Source: Myxococcota bacterium (GTDB taxonomy: Bacteria; Myxococcota_A; SURF-8). Taken from it: a stretch of 64,000 nt of DNA. The stretch is from contig CAXXQS010000001.1 in the NCBI GenBank assembly GCA_963674735.2, positions 2,016,001 to 2,080,000 of the forward strand, read 5' to 3'. The position numbers were made by a program, and so were the translations under genes. The notes below the pieces were generated by a model that worked only from the letters and a program-made list of their open reading frames with translations, did not search any database and had not been told where the DNA came from. Every line of letters starts with the position of its first letter. Within the stretch, counting starts at the first letter, position 1. Shown here one piece after another: positions 20,837 through 31,134 of the stretch.

Positions 20837-21175
20837 AAAATCGGCGCGTAAAACGAAAAAACCAATAATTTCAAGAGAACATTTCGATGGTTGCAATCGG
20901 TTAGCGAGTGCAACCATCAAACCCTCGCTGTAGCCACTCGAAATATCCGGTGATTCTGTACAGTTACAGGTTGACAACCTTTAGAGGGTTTTCGACGCCG
21001 AGTTGCACGCCCTCCACCAATTATCACGAAACAAACTTGCTCTCCGCAGAAGCGGCGAGCTTGTTTCGTTTTATGGGAGCGTGCTATATCTGCTTAATAT
21101 CAAAGGCTTTTCGTCGCTATGCACTTCCCGAGCAACTTACCCGAATCGGACAGCGCAGCCAGACATCCCGCCCAT
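20837..21175 (+). repeat. ~340-bp non-coding direct repeat, copy B (core CTCCACCA at 21012-21019)
   Basis: See copy A. The two cores are 2709 bp apart. Confidence 0.9.
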
Positions 21176-21562
21176 AGCTTGCATACTGGGCGATACTAAG
21201 CTGTACCGTAGGAACCTGCTATTAAGGTGGTTTTCATTGGGGCGGATTATTGCCACATGTTGATTGACCCTAGCTGGCAGAACGGAAGGGGCAACTTGGC
21301 AGCATCGCGCAACGGAATCGCCAGTGATGTTTAACAGCACATCATTGGCCTTCACTTCAACATTGCTAAGCTGGTTTGCATGCTTTGCAGAAATGTAGAC
21401 AAGGCCACTATGATGGAATCCTGAATTATATACGTTTTGACTACGTATTAAGGCAATTTCACCTGCGTCTTTATAGACCTTTGACCCGCCTCTTGGGGTT
21501 GCACCACTACCGATTTTACTGCACACCTCCCATAATTGGACTTTTCGCCACTCAGCCGCCAT
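21176..21562 (-). pseudogene. hsdS: Type I restriction-modification specificity subunit, N-terminal TRD only (truncated)
   Basis: [26 protein letters not shown]...DVLLNITGDSVAR...ARVNQHVAIIR. It overlaps the hsdM stop and runs into repeat copy B after about 129 aa. Confidence 0.88.
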
Positions 21563-22288
21563 AGCCCAACCCCTTCAAGTTCTTCCGAATCGCCTTTTCC
21601 AGCCGGGCGGATTCCTTGAACTGCTCATCCAATTCGGCGCTCAGGCGAGCCATCTTTTCGGGGAAGGGTTCGCCATCATCCTCGATGGCCTCGGCTCCTA
21701 CGTAGCGTCCCGGTGTCAGCACAAAGCCGTGGGACTGGATCTCCTCCACCGTGGCGCTCTTGCAGAAACCGGGGATGTCTTCGTACTTAGCCGCGCCCTT
21801 GTCCCCGCGCCATGCGTGGTAGGTTCCGGCGATCTTGGCAATATCGTCATCGGTCAGTTCCCGATGCACCCGGTCAATCATGCTACCCATCTTGCGGACG
21901 TCAATGAACAACACCTGCTTTCGGCGGTCACGGAAACGGCCATTCTGCTTGTTCTTGGACACAAACCACAGGCAGACGGGAATCTGCGTGGAATAGAACA
22001 ACTGCCCCGGCATGGCCACCATGCATTCCACCAGATCCGATTCCACCATCTTCTGCCGGATGTCGCCTTCACCACTGGTGTTGGAACTCATGGAGCCGTT
22101 AGCCAGAACGAAACCCGCCATGCCCTTCGGGGACAGATGGTGGATGAAATGCTGTACCCAGGCGAAGTTGGCGTTGTTCTGGGGCGGGATATCGTAGACC
22201 CAGCAGACATCATCCCGCAACTGATCCCCGCCCCAGTCTTTCGAATTGAACGGTGGGTTCGCCAGAATGAAGTCGGCCTTCAGGTCCT
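21552..22288 (-). pseudogene. hsdM: Type I RM methyltransferase, C-terminal half (5' part lost at IS end)
   Basis: [32 protein letters not shown] and LTPGRYVG motifs. The N-terminus and motif I are absent. Confidence 0.92.
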
Positions 22289-22840
22289 TGTACATCTTCA
22301 GCGAAAGTGGGACAAATGATGGTTTATTTCTAAGGGAGACTTTGAGCCATTTGTTGTTCGTTCCGGTCCGGGTGGTTTCGGTTCATGATCTTTCGGTTTT
22401 CAAGAGTTCTTCGCTTCAATTCGGCTCGTTTTCGTAAGATCGCCTCCTTTCTGTCGAAATATACGTCATCCGGCGTGACGTTGCCAAGAGCTTCGTGAAC
22501 CCGGCGTTGGTTGTACCAATTCACGAATTCCAGGATTTCGTTTTCGATCTGAATCGGCGTTTCGTGGACGTTCTGGTTGACGTGCTCTTTCAGACTACGG
22601 TGATAGCGCTCGATCTTGCCGTTGGTCTGCGGGTGGTACGGGGCGCCGAAAATGTGGTGAATGCCTTTGATATCCAGATATTCCGCCAACTCACCACTGA
22701 CCAGCGCGCTGCCTCGATCCGACAGGATGCGCGGCTTGGTTTTCATCCTGTCCACACCTGCAAACTCGCAGGCTGCCTCGATCACCTCCGAGAAATCCGG
22801 CACCCGCATGGTGGGCTGCAGCCGCCAGGCCAGGGAGCTT
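22289..22840 (-). mobile_element. 3' part of an IS3/IS481-type (rve integrase core) IS, truncated by the adjacent IS
   Basis: LSDRGS, PYHPQTNGKIERYH and YNQRRVHEALGNVTP motifs. Terminal sequence TGTCCCACTTTCGCTGAAGATGTACA abuts hsdM. Confidence 0.82.
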
Positions 22841-23091
22841 TGCGGCTCCCTACGGACTGGCCTCATAATTGGATTCGACTGTCCGGGAAGATCGTAACTT
22901 TTTCATTTGAATCGTAGCACAAATCACCTTTCCGATCATCCTTTTCGTGGCACACTGGCCGTACCCGTACGAAGGATAGGGCTCCGCTGGAGAGCGACCC
23001 GAGCATCGGATGGGTGGACGACGGAGGGACAGGTTCGTATGCCTGTCCTTTCTTTTTTCTGTCCCTTCGGAGTCCGCTAAAGCGTTAAACT

Positions 23092-23931
23092 TCAGGGGTT
23101 CGGGGGCAGCGCCCCCGAGAAGAAACGCTGTCGTTCCTCCTGCGGCGTTCGATACTCCAGACCACTGTGCGGACGATACGTATTGTATTTCCTGCGCCAC
23201 ATTTCCGTCTTCACCTGCGCCTCCCGCAAGGTCAGGAAAATCTCCATGTTCAAATGCTCGTCGCGTACCTTCGAATTGAAACTCTCGATGAAACCGTTCT
23301 GCCAGGGACTGCCCGCGTCGATGTGCAAGGTGTCCGTACCGCGCTTGTTGAGCCAGTTTTTCAGTTTTTCGGCGATGAATTCCGGGCCGTTGTCCGAGCG
23401 GATAAACGCCGGATTTCCGTGCTGATTGAATAGATCGTCGAGAATGCAGATCAGATCAGCCGACTTGATGCCACGGCCCACATGTATCGCCAGACCTTCC
23501 CGCGTGTACTCGTCCTCCACCGTTAACAGTTTGATCCGCCTGCCGTTCGAAAGTGAATCGAACATGAAATCGTACGTCCATACGTGGTTCGGACATTCGG
23601 CCTTGACCGGCAGGCCCGCCATCTTCGTTCTCTTTTTCTTGCGCGGCTTTCGCCTCAGAAGGCAAAGTCCAAGTTTACGCCAGACGCGATAAACCCGTTT
23701 CAGGTTGACGACCTCATCCCGGACGATCACACCCCAGGCCCGTCGATACCCGAAGCGCGTCTCGTCTTCTGCAATCGCTTTCAGTCGGACCGCCAGGACC
23801 GAATCGTCACGCGGATGGGCCTTGTAATAGTACGTGGACCGTTGCAGTTTCACCAACGCGGCGCTCCGCCGGACGGACAGACCACGCGAGGCCGCGCGAT
23901 CCACCGCACACCGACGATGCGCCGCCTTCAC
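23092..23931 (-). CDS. IS3-family transposase OrfB
   Basis: RFGYRR, NHVWTYDF, RSDNGPEF, PWQNGFIESFN and YNTYRPHSGL motifs. Confidence 0.93.
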   Translation of the reverse strand: MKAAHRRCAVDRAASRGLSVRRSAALVKLQRSTYYYKAHPRDDSVLAVRLKAIAEDETRFGYRRAWGVIVRDEVVNLKRVYRVWRKLGLCLLRRKPRKKKRTKMAGLPVKAECPNHVWTYDFMFDSLSNGRRIKLLTVEDEYTREGLAIHVGRGIKSADLICILDDLFNQHGNPAFIRSDNGPEFIAEKLKNWLNKRGTDTLHIDAGSPWQNGFIESFNSKVRDEHLNMEIFLTLREAQVKTEMWRRKYNTYRPHSGLEYRTPQEERQRFFSGALPPNP

Positions 23932-24197
23932 CAGTTTTTTTCCAACAACTCCTTCGCTACGTCCAGCTCCAGATCCCGTTCTGCAAGAAGCCGTTTCAAG
24001 CGGGCGTTCTCTTTTTCAAGATCTTTAAGCCGCTTTGTCTCCGAAACCGACAGGCCCCCGAATTTTTTGCGCCAGCGATAGAACGACTGTTCCGACACCC
24101 CGTGCTTGCGGCAGATCTCCTGCACCGTCGAGATCTTGCACTCCGCTTCCTTCAAGATCGTCACGATCTGCACGTCCGAAAACCGCTTTCCTTTCAT
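23928..24197 (-). CDS. IS3-family transposase OrfA (-1 frameshift fusion at GGAAAAAAACTGGTGA)
   Basis: MKGKRFSDVQIVTILKE...CRKHGVSEQSFYRWRKKFGG...LEKENARLKRLLAE. Confidence 0.93.
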   Translation of the reverse strand: MKGKRFSDVQIVTILKEAECKISTVQEICRKHGVSEQSFYRWRKKFGGLSVSETKRLKDLEKENARLKRLLAERDLELDVAKELLEKNW

Positions 24198-24265
24198 CAG
24201 AATCCCTCCTTGAATCGTTGGAGGATTCTAACACATCAGTTGTCCAGTTTTTGGGGGGCAAGGCA

Positions 24266-26318
24266 AATGTTGATTCCGGCGCGTCCCTGCACATCCGCAC
24301 GGCTGCCATAAGAACTCCAAAATTTTCGTGAGCGGCGTGGTAGATAATCATAGGCGAAGCCGGAATATAATTCGTAATTTTGAAGATCCTGGCTGATGCC
24401 CGCCGCAACAATGATGCTGCCGGATTCCGAAAAGGAACGCGACGAACGCCGCAGTTTTTTGAGTGGTGAGGGATATTGGATCCCTTCGCCCCAATCGATA
24501 TCGCCATCGGGATAATCGAATTCGAAATCGCTGTCGCTTACGTCTGTGTCGAATTCCCCCAGTTCGTAATCGTCATCCACCGGCAACACATATTGCGGAT
24601 CATCCATATTTACACCAGCCGAAAATAACGCGATGTTTTGAAAACTGATGCCGTTCCCCGGAATATTGACCGCCACAATGTCGTTGGCTGTGATGGTGCT
24701 GATAAAATCGTGAAACTCCGGCCACACCTCGATCGGACAGGCACCCTGGGCGTCGCCGACGAGCCCGGACACGTAGCAGCCCAGAGGCGCTTCCAGCAGG
24801 AACACCGCCCCGTTTCCCTCCGCGTCGTTGATCAATCGAAGAGCAATGTCGATCCAATCGGCGGTGGACCATACCTGGCCGATGTAATAACGCGAATGTG
24901 GTGCGAAACCCATGCCTCCGGCGTGAATACCGCTGTTATAGTCGGCGGCCATGATGCCCAACACGGGCGTTCCGTGCGAGTATCCAAATTTGTAATTACC
25001 GCCATTGCGGCGATCCGGCGTCACGTATCGCAGGTAGGTCGAATGGAAGGTGGCCAGATCGGGATGTGTCGGGCAGTCAACATCATAATTGCCGCCTTTG
25101 GCGTTCAGGCACCAGTCTTCTTCGACGTATCCGACGGGTACGTTCTCTCCGAGATAGCCCTTGTCCCAGGCGGGCTAGGCGTTCAGGCCACCCGTGGTGC
25201 AGTCACCGTCTCCGCAGATTAAGCCGGGAGGTAACTTGTCGGGAGGCAAGTAATCGGCGTCTCCATCCTGAAGGTCATCGATGGCGAGAGTACGGTCGTA
25301 ATCACCGTCGGTAGAGTAGGTGTCCGACGCAGTCTGAAGCTGATACTCGGTCCAATCGGCGGTTCCAGCCTATTGATAAAAAGAAGAATAATTATCATCT
25401 GGTCTAAAATCAGCGAATGTTAGCCAATCCCATATCGACGTCAATGGGTAATTCTCGTACAGAATATCCGGCCAGCTCGACCGGATAAATGGCGGCATTG
25501 CATGCGCCGTTTCCACACCGGGAAGCGACGTCAGTAAATCGATAACCCTCCGGATCTGCTCGGCGTCCTCGGCGCCTAGCAGCGGCGTGCGTTCGTCCTT
25601 CTTGTCGATCGTCTCCTTCTCGAAAAGGCCTGGAACCGGCGTGACTTCCATCCATTGCGACAAATCCGGAAGGATCCGGCCGCTTCTTTTCTCACCCCGT
25701 TGTTTAAGCTAGGTCAGTTTCTCCGGATCGCCCCAAAGCGGTTTCATGTCGAGTTCGGAATATTCATAATCGAGATAATAGAGCGCCTGTTCGTCGCTGC
25801 ATTTTCCGTTTTCGTCACGAAGTGTGGTGACGCCATCGACTTTCTGAAGATGCACGCCGGCTTTCATCTGCACGTGGATACGGCCGGTTGAGAATTCCAA
25901 GGGGATCGAGGGAGCCCTCCGGATACCCTTGGATTCTTCTTCCGCAGGACCATAGATTCCCCCGGGCAAGCCCGGGGTCCTTACCTTTACGGTTCCGACC
26001 CCACCGCTGCTTAATCGCAACGACGGGGAATGGCTCATTCATCCACGGGCAAGCCCGTGGTATTCTGTCTTCGACCGCATAAAGAACCTGTTGACGTACC
26101 AGACTATCCGACCCGTGATAGGACGGAGCGGAGTTCTCAGTACCTTCCGCCAGTCCGATGCCGAGATCCCGATCGCCGTCGATTCCCACGATCTCTTCAT
26201 CAAGAGCGGGGTTTTCGAACTCTGAAGCCTCTCCGGTAGAAGCAACTGCATGAATTGACAATAACAGAGCGGTACCCCCCACACTCAGCCAACCGAAAAT
26301 ATTTTTTAGTCCTATCAT
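24266..26318 (-). pseudogene. Secreted subtilisin-like (S8) peptidase, disrupted by one frameshift, three in-frame TAG codons and IS truncation
   Basis: Signal peptide at 26318. One frame continues through TAGs at about 25709, 25370 and 25176: GLNA*PAWDKGYLGENVPVG, SHGTPVLGIM (His), IPGNG, SSYGSRADVQG. The catalytic Ser region was removed by the IS. Confidence 0.82.
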
Positions 26319-26366
26319 TATCCCTACTTCCCATTGTTATTTATCAGGCTTTGCCAACCAAGACGG

Positions 26367-27897
26367 TTAGCGGATCATCTCCACCGTGATGCGGTTCGAT
26401 TTCGTCCAGATACGATTTTCGTGTCGCCACACACGGTCGAGTTGCAGGATGCGCTGCTGTTGAAAAAGAAAGCCATCGTCGCATATACGCGTAGGTGGAC
26501 TCGACGCACAAGACAGATTTGTTAGAGTTTCGCTCGCTTCACAGGTGGAGTCGTTCCATGTGTCGGACAAGCGCAGGGCTGTCCATACAGTATGGGTGCT
26601 ATAAGGGTAGATAGCGCCTGGCCAATAATTGGCCGTGACGAATATCCCGAGTGGAAACCCAGCCAGTCCGGGCGCCGAACCGGGGATGACGTGTGCGGGA
26701 TAATAGCTTTCGGTGTTCAGCGTTTCCCGACAGGAATTCGTCAGGTCGGGCGTGTCATGAGAGCCGCTTTCGCCCGTCGCCGGGTTGTAGAGGATCGTGC
26801 GGATCAAGCGACCGAAATCACCGGCCGTTTCCGATTTCATGTCCACCTGCGCCAGCCACAGTTCGCCATCCACAACGCCCGTGGCGTAGAGCTCGTCTTC
26901 TCCGTCCGTGTCGCAGCCCTCGAAGGTGACGGCCGTTGCACAGTCCGGCGCGGCCGGGTCGACGGCGTAAAGGCGGCAACCGCCCGGCAGATAGAAGATG
27001 TCGCCGATCCAATAGCCGCTTAAAACCGTGTTCGATTCCATCCCCGGGCAGAAAGCCAATTTCGCCCAGCTCTCCGCAGCCGTATCGTAGAACCCCAGCC
27101 TCCAGTTGCCCCACACAGCGATAGTCGTTCCAGGTCCAACCTGAATGCCGCGCGGCATGGTCAAATCGTTTTCTATATCGTATGGGTCCACGTCGGGAAT
27201 CGAAACGCGGGACCAGGTTCCCCCACGTCGCCGCCAGAGTTTATCTTTAGCTTCCGCCCAAACTTCCATCTCACCTTCAATCAGCCGTCCGTCGACATCG
27301 AATAAATAGTCAGTAATGCCGGGTTCGCAGGTCAAGGTGTCGGTATTTTCATCATAAACCCACAGGGACTCAAAGCTTTCCATCGAAGTGCCGCCGGTAA
27401 GACCGACGAAATAGATTTTACCTGTTCCGTCTCCCCATACGCTGACGAAGATCCTATTGTAGAAGGGTGATTCTGAACAGGGAACGATGGTTGGTCGTGG
27501 CAAAAGGGAAGGGCTCCGTAATAATTTGAAACTTGGTTGGTTCTTCGGCCTCCGGTTCAAACTCAAGTTCCGGCTCCCATTCAAACTCGGGCTCGGTTTC
27601 GACTTCTATTTCGGCTTCGATTTCCGCCTCAACCTCGGCTTCCGGTTCGGTTTCCGGTTCCAGTCCCAGTTCCAGTTCCAGTTCCAGTTCGGCATCGGAC
27701 TCGGACTCATCGAGATCGCCATCGTTAGGTATGAAATCGACGTCGAGATCCGCCGGGGGGAGCTCCGGATCCAAATCTACATCGCCGGTGGAAGAACTGT
27801 TAGCATCCCCGTCACCGCTAAAAGCCAGGTTGCCGGATGATTGGCAGCCGCCGAGAAGTGCGAGAATGAACGAGCAGATAAGAATCGTCGCGTTCAT
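26367..27897 (-). CDS. Lipoprotein with DGD/Glu-rich linker and probable beta-propeller C-terminal domain; frameshift near 27503
   Basis: GGAGG RBS, lipobox LLGGC, SGDGD..NDGD and an (EPE/ELE)n linker. Removing one T from CCCTTTTGCC joins the two ORFs (EPFPLPRPTIVPC). Confidence 0.72.
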
Positions 27898-28525
27898 TAG
27901 AAGACCTCCGTCAGGCGAGGGAAAAACGCCTTTCGTCCACACGGCACGGGCAGTCGTTCATGTGCACACTTGTCGATCAAAAGGAATGATTGCACATCAA
28001 AACCAGGGTATCGTTTCACCTCGCTGTTTGTCATCATAACAATTCGGATGGATAGTATTATTACGAATGCTACCCTATTCAAGTGTTGCCAGTGTATTTC
28101 ATCGTGCCCTTCGAATGAACGACTGACGCTGAATCCAGAGTTCAGATGAGCAGGCACAAAAAGAGAAGCTCCCGACAAATGAAGATGTACCGAAATCCAG
28201 TTATGTTGCAACGATTCTCGCCTGCCTGGGTCTTATAGAACGAGTGCCGGATGATGTTGCCTTGCCGAACTGGCCTTGAAAAGCACAATCCGAGTTCATA
28301 CAGCAGCGATCGGTCGCAGGCTTACGCTTCACCAAGCATCTACCCATGCTTAATAGTCAGAATAATACAAATATTATTTACAACATAGCTAGCCAGCAAC
28401 GGCAAATAACAACGGTTACTCAGTAAAAACACCAGTTTTCAATACTATCATTGACGTACAGTTGCAATTTAGCCGATTCGAATTATTCTTTCTCACTTGT
28501 AGCTGTTGTCATTGTCATGTGGCAA

Positions 28526-29648
28526 TATCTATTCGAGCATTATATCGTAATGATCCTGCTGCTTGTGATGTATACTGAATGCATGACAAACGAGAATCTG
28601 CATTTATCTGGGAAAGAATTGTACGATCCTCGCAAACGTGCCGTGCGAATGAAAAGAAACGGGCATACGCATGCCGCCGTGGCCGAAGCGTTCGGCGTTG
28701 GGGACTCCACCGTACGGAAATGGTGGGCGCTTTTCAAAAAAATAGGAGGCTTCAAGGCGCTGTATCCTCCCAAACGCGGACGAAAAGAAGGCCAGCATCG
28801 TTGTCTGACAACCGAGCAGGAGCATGAAACACGTCGACTGATTACCCAGAAGAGTCCGGATCAGTTGAAACTGGGTTTCGCCCTGTGGACACGGCGGGCG
28901 GTGGTGGAGTTGATCCGGGAACACTTTGGCATGACGATCTCCATCCACTCTGTAGGGCGCTATCTGAAACGCTGGGGATTCACACCGCAAAAGCCTCTGA
29001 AGTGAGCTTACGAGCAGAATCCCAAAGCCGTAAAGCGCTGGTTGGACGAAGCGTATCCGGCGATTTACGAGCGGGCGAAGCAGGAAAGGGCCGAGATTCA
29101 CTGGGCGGACGAGATGGAACTTCGTTCCGATAGTCAACACGGACGCAGCTATGCGCCGAAAGGGAAAACACCGGTGATCCGGCTAAACGCCAGGCGCAAG
29201 TCGGCTTCTCTGATCTCAACGGTAACGAATCAAGGCAAGGTACGTTTCATGATTTACAGTGGCGCCATGAACGCCCAGCGTCTTATCAAATTCTTCAGGT
29301 GCCTGATCAAAGACGCGGGGCGCAAGGTCTTTGCCATACTGGACAATCTGCGTGTGTATCACTCTAAACGGGTGAAGCAGTGGCTTGCGAAGCATGAAAG
29401 CCAGATCGAGATTTTCCACCTGCCGTCGTATTCGCCAGAATTGAATCCGGATGAATTGCTCAATTGCGACCTGAAAGCGGGTGTACATTCGAGCGCTCCG
29501 GCCAGAAACGAGAAGCGACTGAAGATGAAGATATTGTCACACATGAGAGTGCTGTAAAAAAACACCATCGAGAGTGTGTAAATACTTCAAGCATGACAAG
29601 GTAAAATATGCGGCGTAATGCGCTAACTTATTTCGCTCGGGTTAATAA
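28526..29648 (+). mobile_element. IS630-family element with inactivated transposase (about 28583-29618)
   Basis: LWTRRAV, RYLKRWGFTPQKP, IHWADE, ILDNLRVYH and LPSYSPELNPDE motifs. Internal TGA (29003) and TAA (29555). Ends are approximate (weak TA-flanked IRs containing CGAGC). Confidence 0.88.
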
Positions 29649-29812
29649 TACTAAGCGGTTCTTTGGCAGATTCTCTCGAATCGAAATTATCGGCCTCAAG
29701 GGCGGCGGCGAAATCGGGATCGACCTCCGCATCATCCGGCCCAGGCTGGCACACCGAACAAAGCGAGAGGAAGCACCAGCAAGCTTCCCCACACGATCAT
29801 TGTCAATCGCAT
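29649..29812 (-). pseudogene. 5' stub of an exported protein, cut by IS630
   Basis: GGGGAG RBS, then MRLTMIVWGSLLVLPLALFGVPAWA (signal peptide), a frameshift, and DDAEVDPDFAAALEAD up to the IS end. Confidence 0.5.
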
Positions 29813-29882
29813 AGCAATTACTCCCCAAATTGAGGTTTCATGAAAACTGGCAGTCAACGCCAGCGTTGTGAAAACTGAAGAA

Positions 29883-30335
29883 CTAGGCTACTGGTGGGGA
29901 GTTTTTCGGGGCCATAGAAAGACAGGAAATGGGGGCGAACGTAAGTTGTTCAGAAAACGAAAGAAATCCATCCAAGAGATGGTTATGATTCAAATGCGTA
30001 GAAAGAAAAGAGGCGTTCGCAGTCTGATAGAGCTGAGCCAGTACGTGGCAGGCGTCATGCGGATGCGAGAGTTCTTCCGGATTGGCTAGAAAAGATGCCG
30101 ATGACTTGCTGAACCGAGAAAAGTCCTGAAGGAAACTTTCATTGTCGTGGTCAGCATGGTCGAAGTCGTGATTGTGCTTCGCGTCGTTATGATGGAAACG
30201 TTCAAACTGCTGGTGCCCGTTACACCAGACATGTTCGTGGTTTGCAAACAGAAAAGGCGTCAGCAGCCAGTTGGCCGCAAAGACGGCCACAAGCAGGTAG
30301 ACTAACGTATCTTGTCGATATTTCCGCTTTAACAT
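29883..30335 (-). CDS. His-rich small exported protein with C-terminal APKNSPP (DUF2946-like putative metal-sensing leader)
   Basis: N-terminal hydrophobic helix, HEHVWCNGH, a His-rich stretch, HDACH and terminal APKNSPP. Confidence 0.6.
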   Translation of the reverse strand: MLKRKYRQDTLVYLLVAVFAANWLLTPFLFANHEHVWCNGHQQFERFHHNDAKHNHDFDHADHDNESFLQDFSRFSKSSASFLANPEELSHPHDACHVLAQLYQTANASFLSTHLNHNHLLDGFLSFSEQLTFAPISCLSMAPKNSPPVA

Positions 30336-30886
30336 TACCCATTACATCCATATGACTTAACCCAATCCAAAGATCTTGAACAATATACGATTATTCCAAT
30401 CAGACAGCAAGAACCATTCTCACGAAGGATTATGGAACCTAAAAAGTCGTTAAACCGTGTCCACATTCCTTCAATCACGTTTTGAGCCCTCACGGTATAC
30501 GAATGATTGGACTTAAACATCCGCTACGCGTCGACATTAGCGTGGGGTAGCACAGTTCGATCGCCATCGGTATCAACGGTCTACCCGTCAACGCCTTCTG
30601 CGTTTCCAATTGGCCGCGGCGGCAAAAGGAGGGGCAATCCTGGCATATAAGGTAGGAGAAGGTCGGGCGGGAGAGGCGTTTTCTACCCGAAGTCGGCAAC
30701 GGTCGTGCCTATCCGGCCAGCCGCGCGCCTTCCACCTTGATGCATTTCGGCTGCGCCATCTCCCGGCGAAGCTGCTCCGTCAAGCCGAAGCGTTCCGCTT
30801 TGGGAAAACTCGCTGTAAACCGGCAAATCAACACCACTGATCCGTGCCGAGAATCGCTTTATAACGGCTCACGAAATCCGAAAGCC

Positions 30887-31084
30887 CTACCCTTTCGCCC
30901 GCTTGGCAACCCCGACGAAAGACAGGCGGCTTTCCAACTCCAGAAAATCGAGGTTGACGACCTCCCAGCCTTCCTCGCCGAGCACGTTGAGATAGGCTTC
31001 CAGATCTTCGGGAGCTCTTCCCTTCAACAGACCGGAACTCTTGACGTTTTTGCTGTCAATGAGCTTGTACTCCCACTTCGGCAT
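30887..31084 (-). CDS. DUF4177-like small protein
   Basis: KWEYK...LEAYLNVLGEEGWEVV pattern. Confidence 0.75.
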   Translation of the reverse strand: MPKWEYKLIDSKNVKSSGLLKGRAPEDLEAYLNVLGEEGWEVVNLDFLELESRLSFVGVAKRAKG

Positions 31085-31134
31085 GTTCACCTCCGCGTAT
31101 CCGAATCTGCACCCGCACCACCCGCGTGAGAAAT

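Larger units (their letters stand above)
22841..24265 (-). mobile_element. IS3-family (IS407-like) insertion sequence, apparently intact
   Basis: IRL TGCCTTGCCCCCCAAAAACTGGACA at 24265-24241, imperfect IRR near 22841, and orfA/orfB overlapping at an A7 slippery site. Confidence 0.85.

Noticed and set aside
18128-21175. The 340-bp repeats as integron attC sites, IS ends or LTRs
   Set aside because: They lack RYYYAAC...GTTRRRY boundaries and terminal inverted repeats, no transposase lies between them, and they are too long for attC.
18199-21177. Paralogous small ORFs MQ.SN.RCSHSKYPVILY (18199-18669 and 20908-21177)
   Set aside because: Their similarity simply follows the DNA repeat. They have GTG starts without an RBS and diverge immediately after the core.
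30500-30880. Possible riboswitch or ncRNA upstream of the His-rich gene
   Set aside because: I could not recognise a cobalamin, NiCo or other consensus by eye. An Infernal/Rfam search would be needed.
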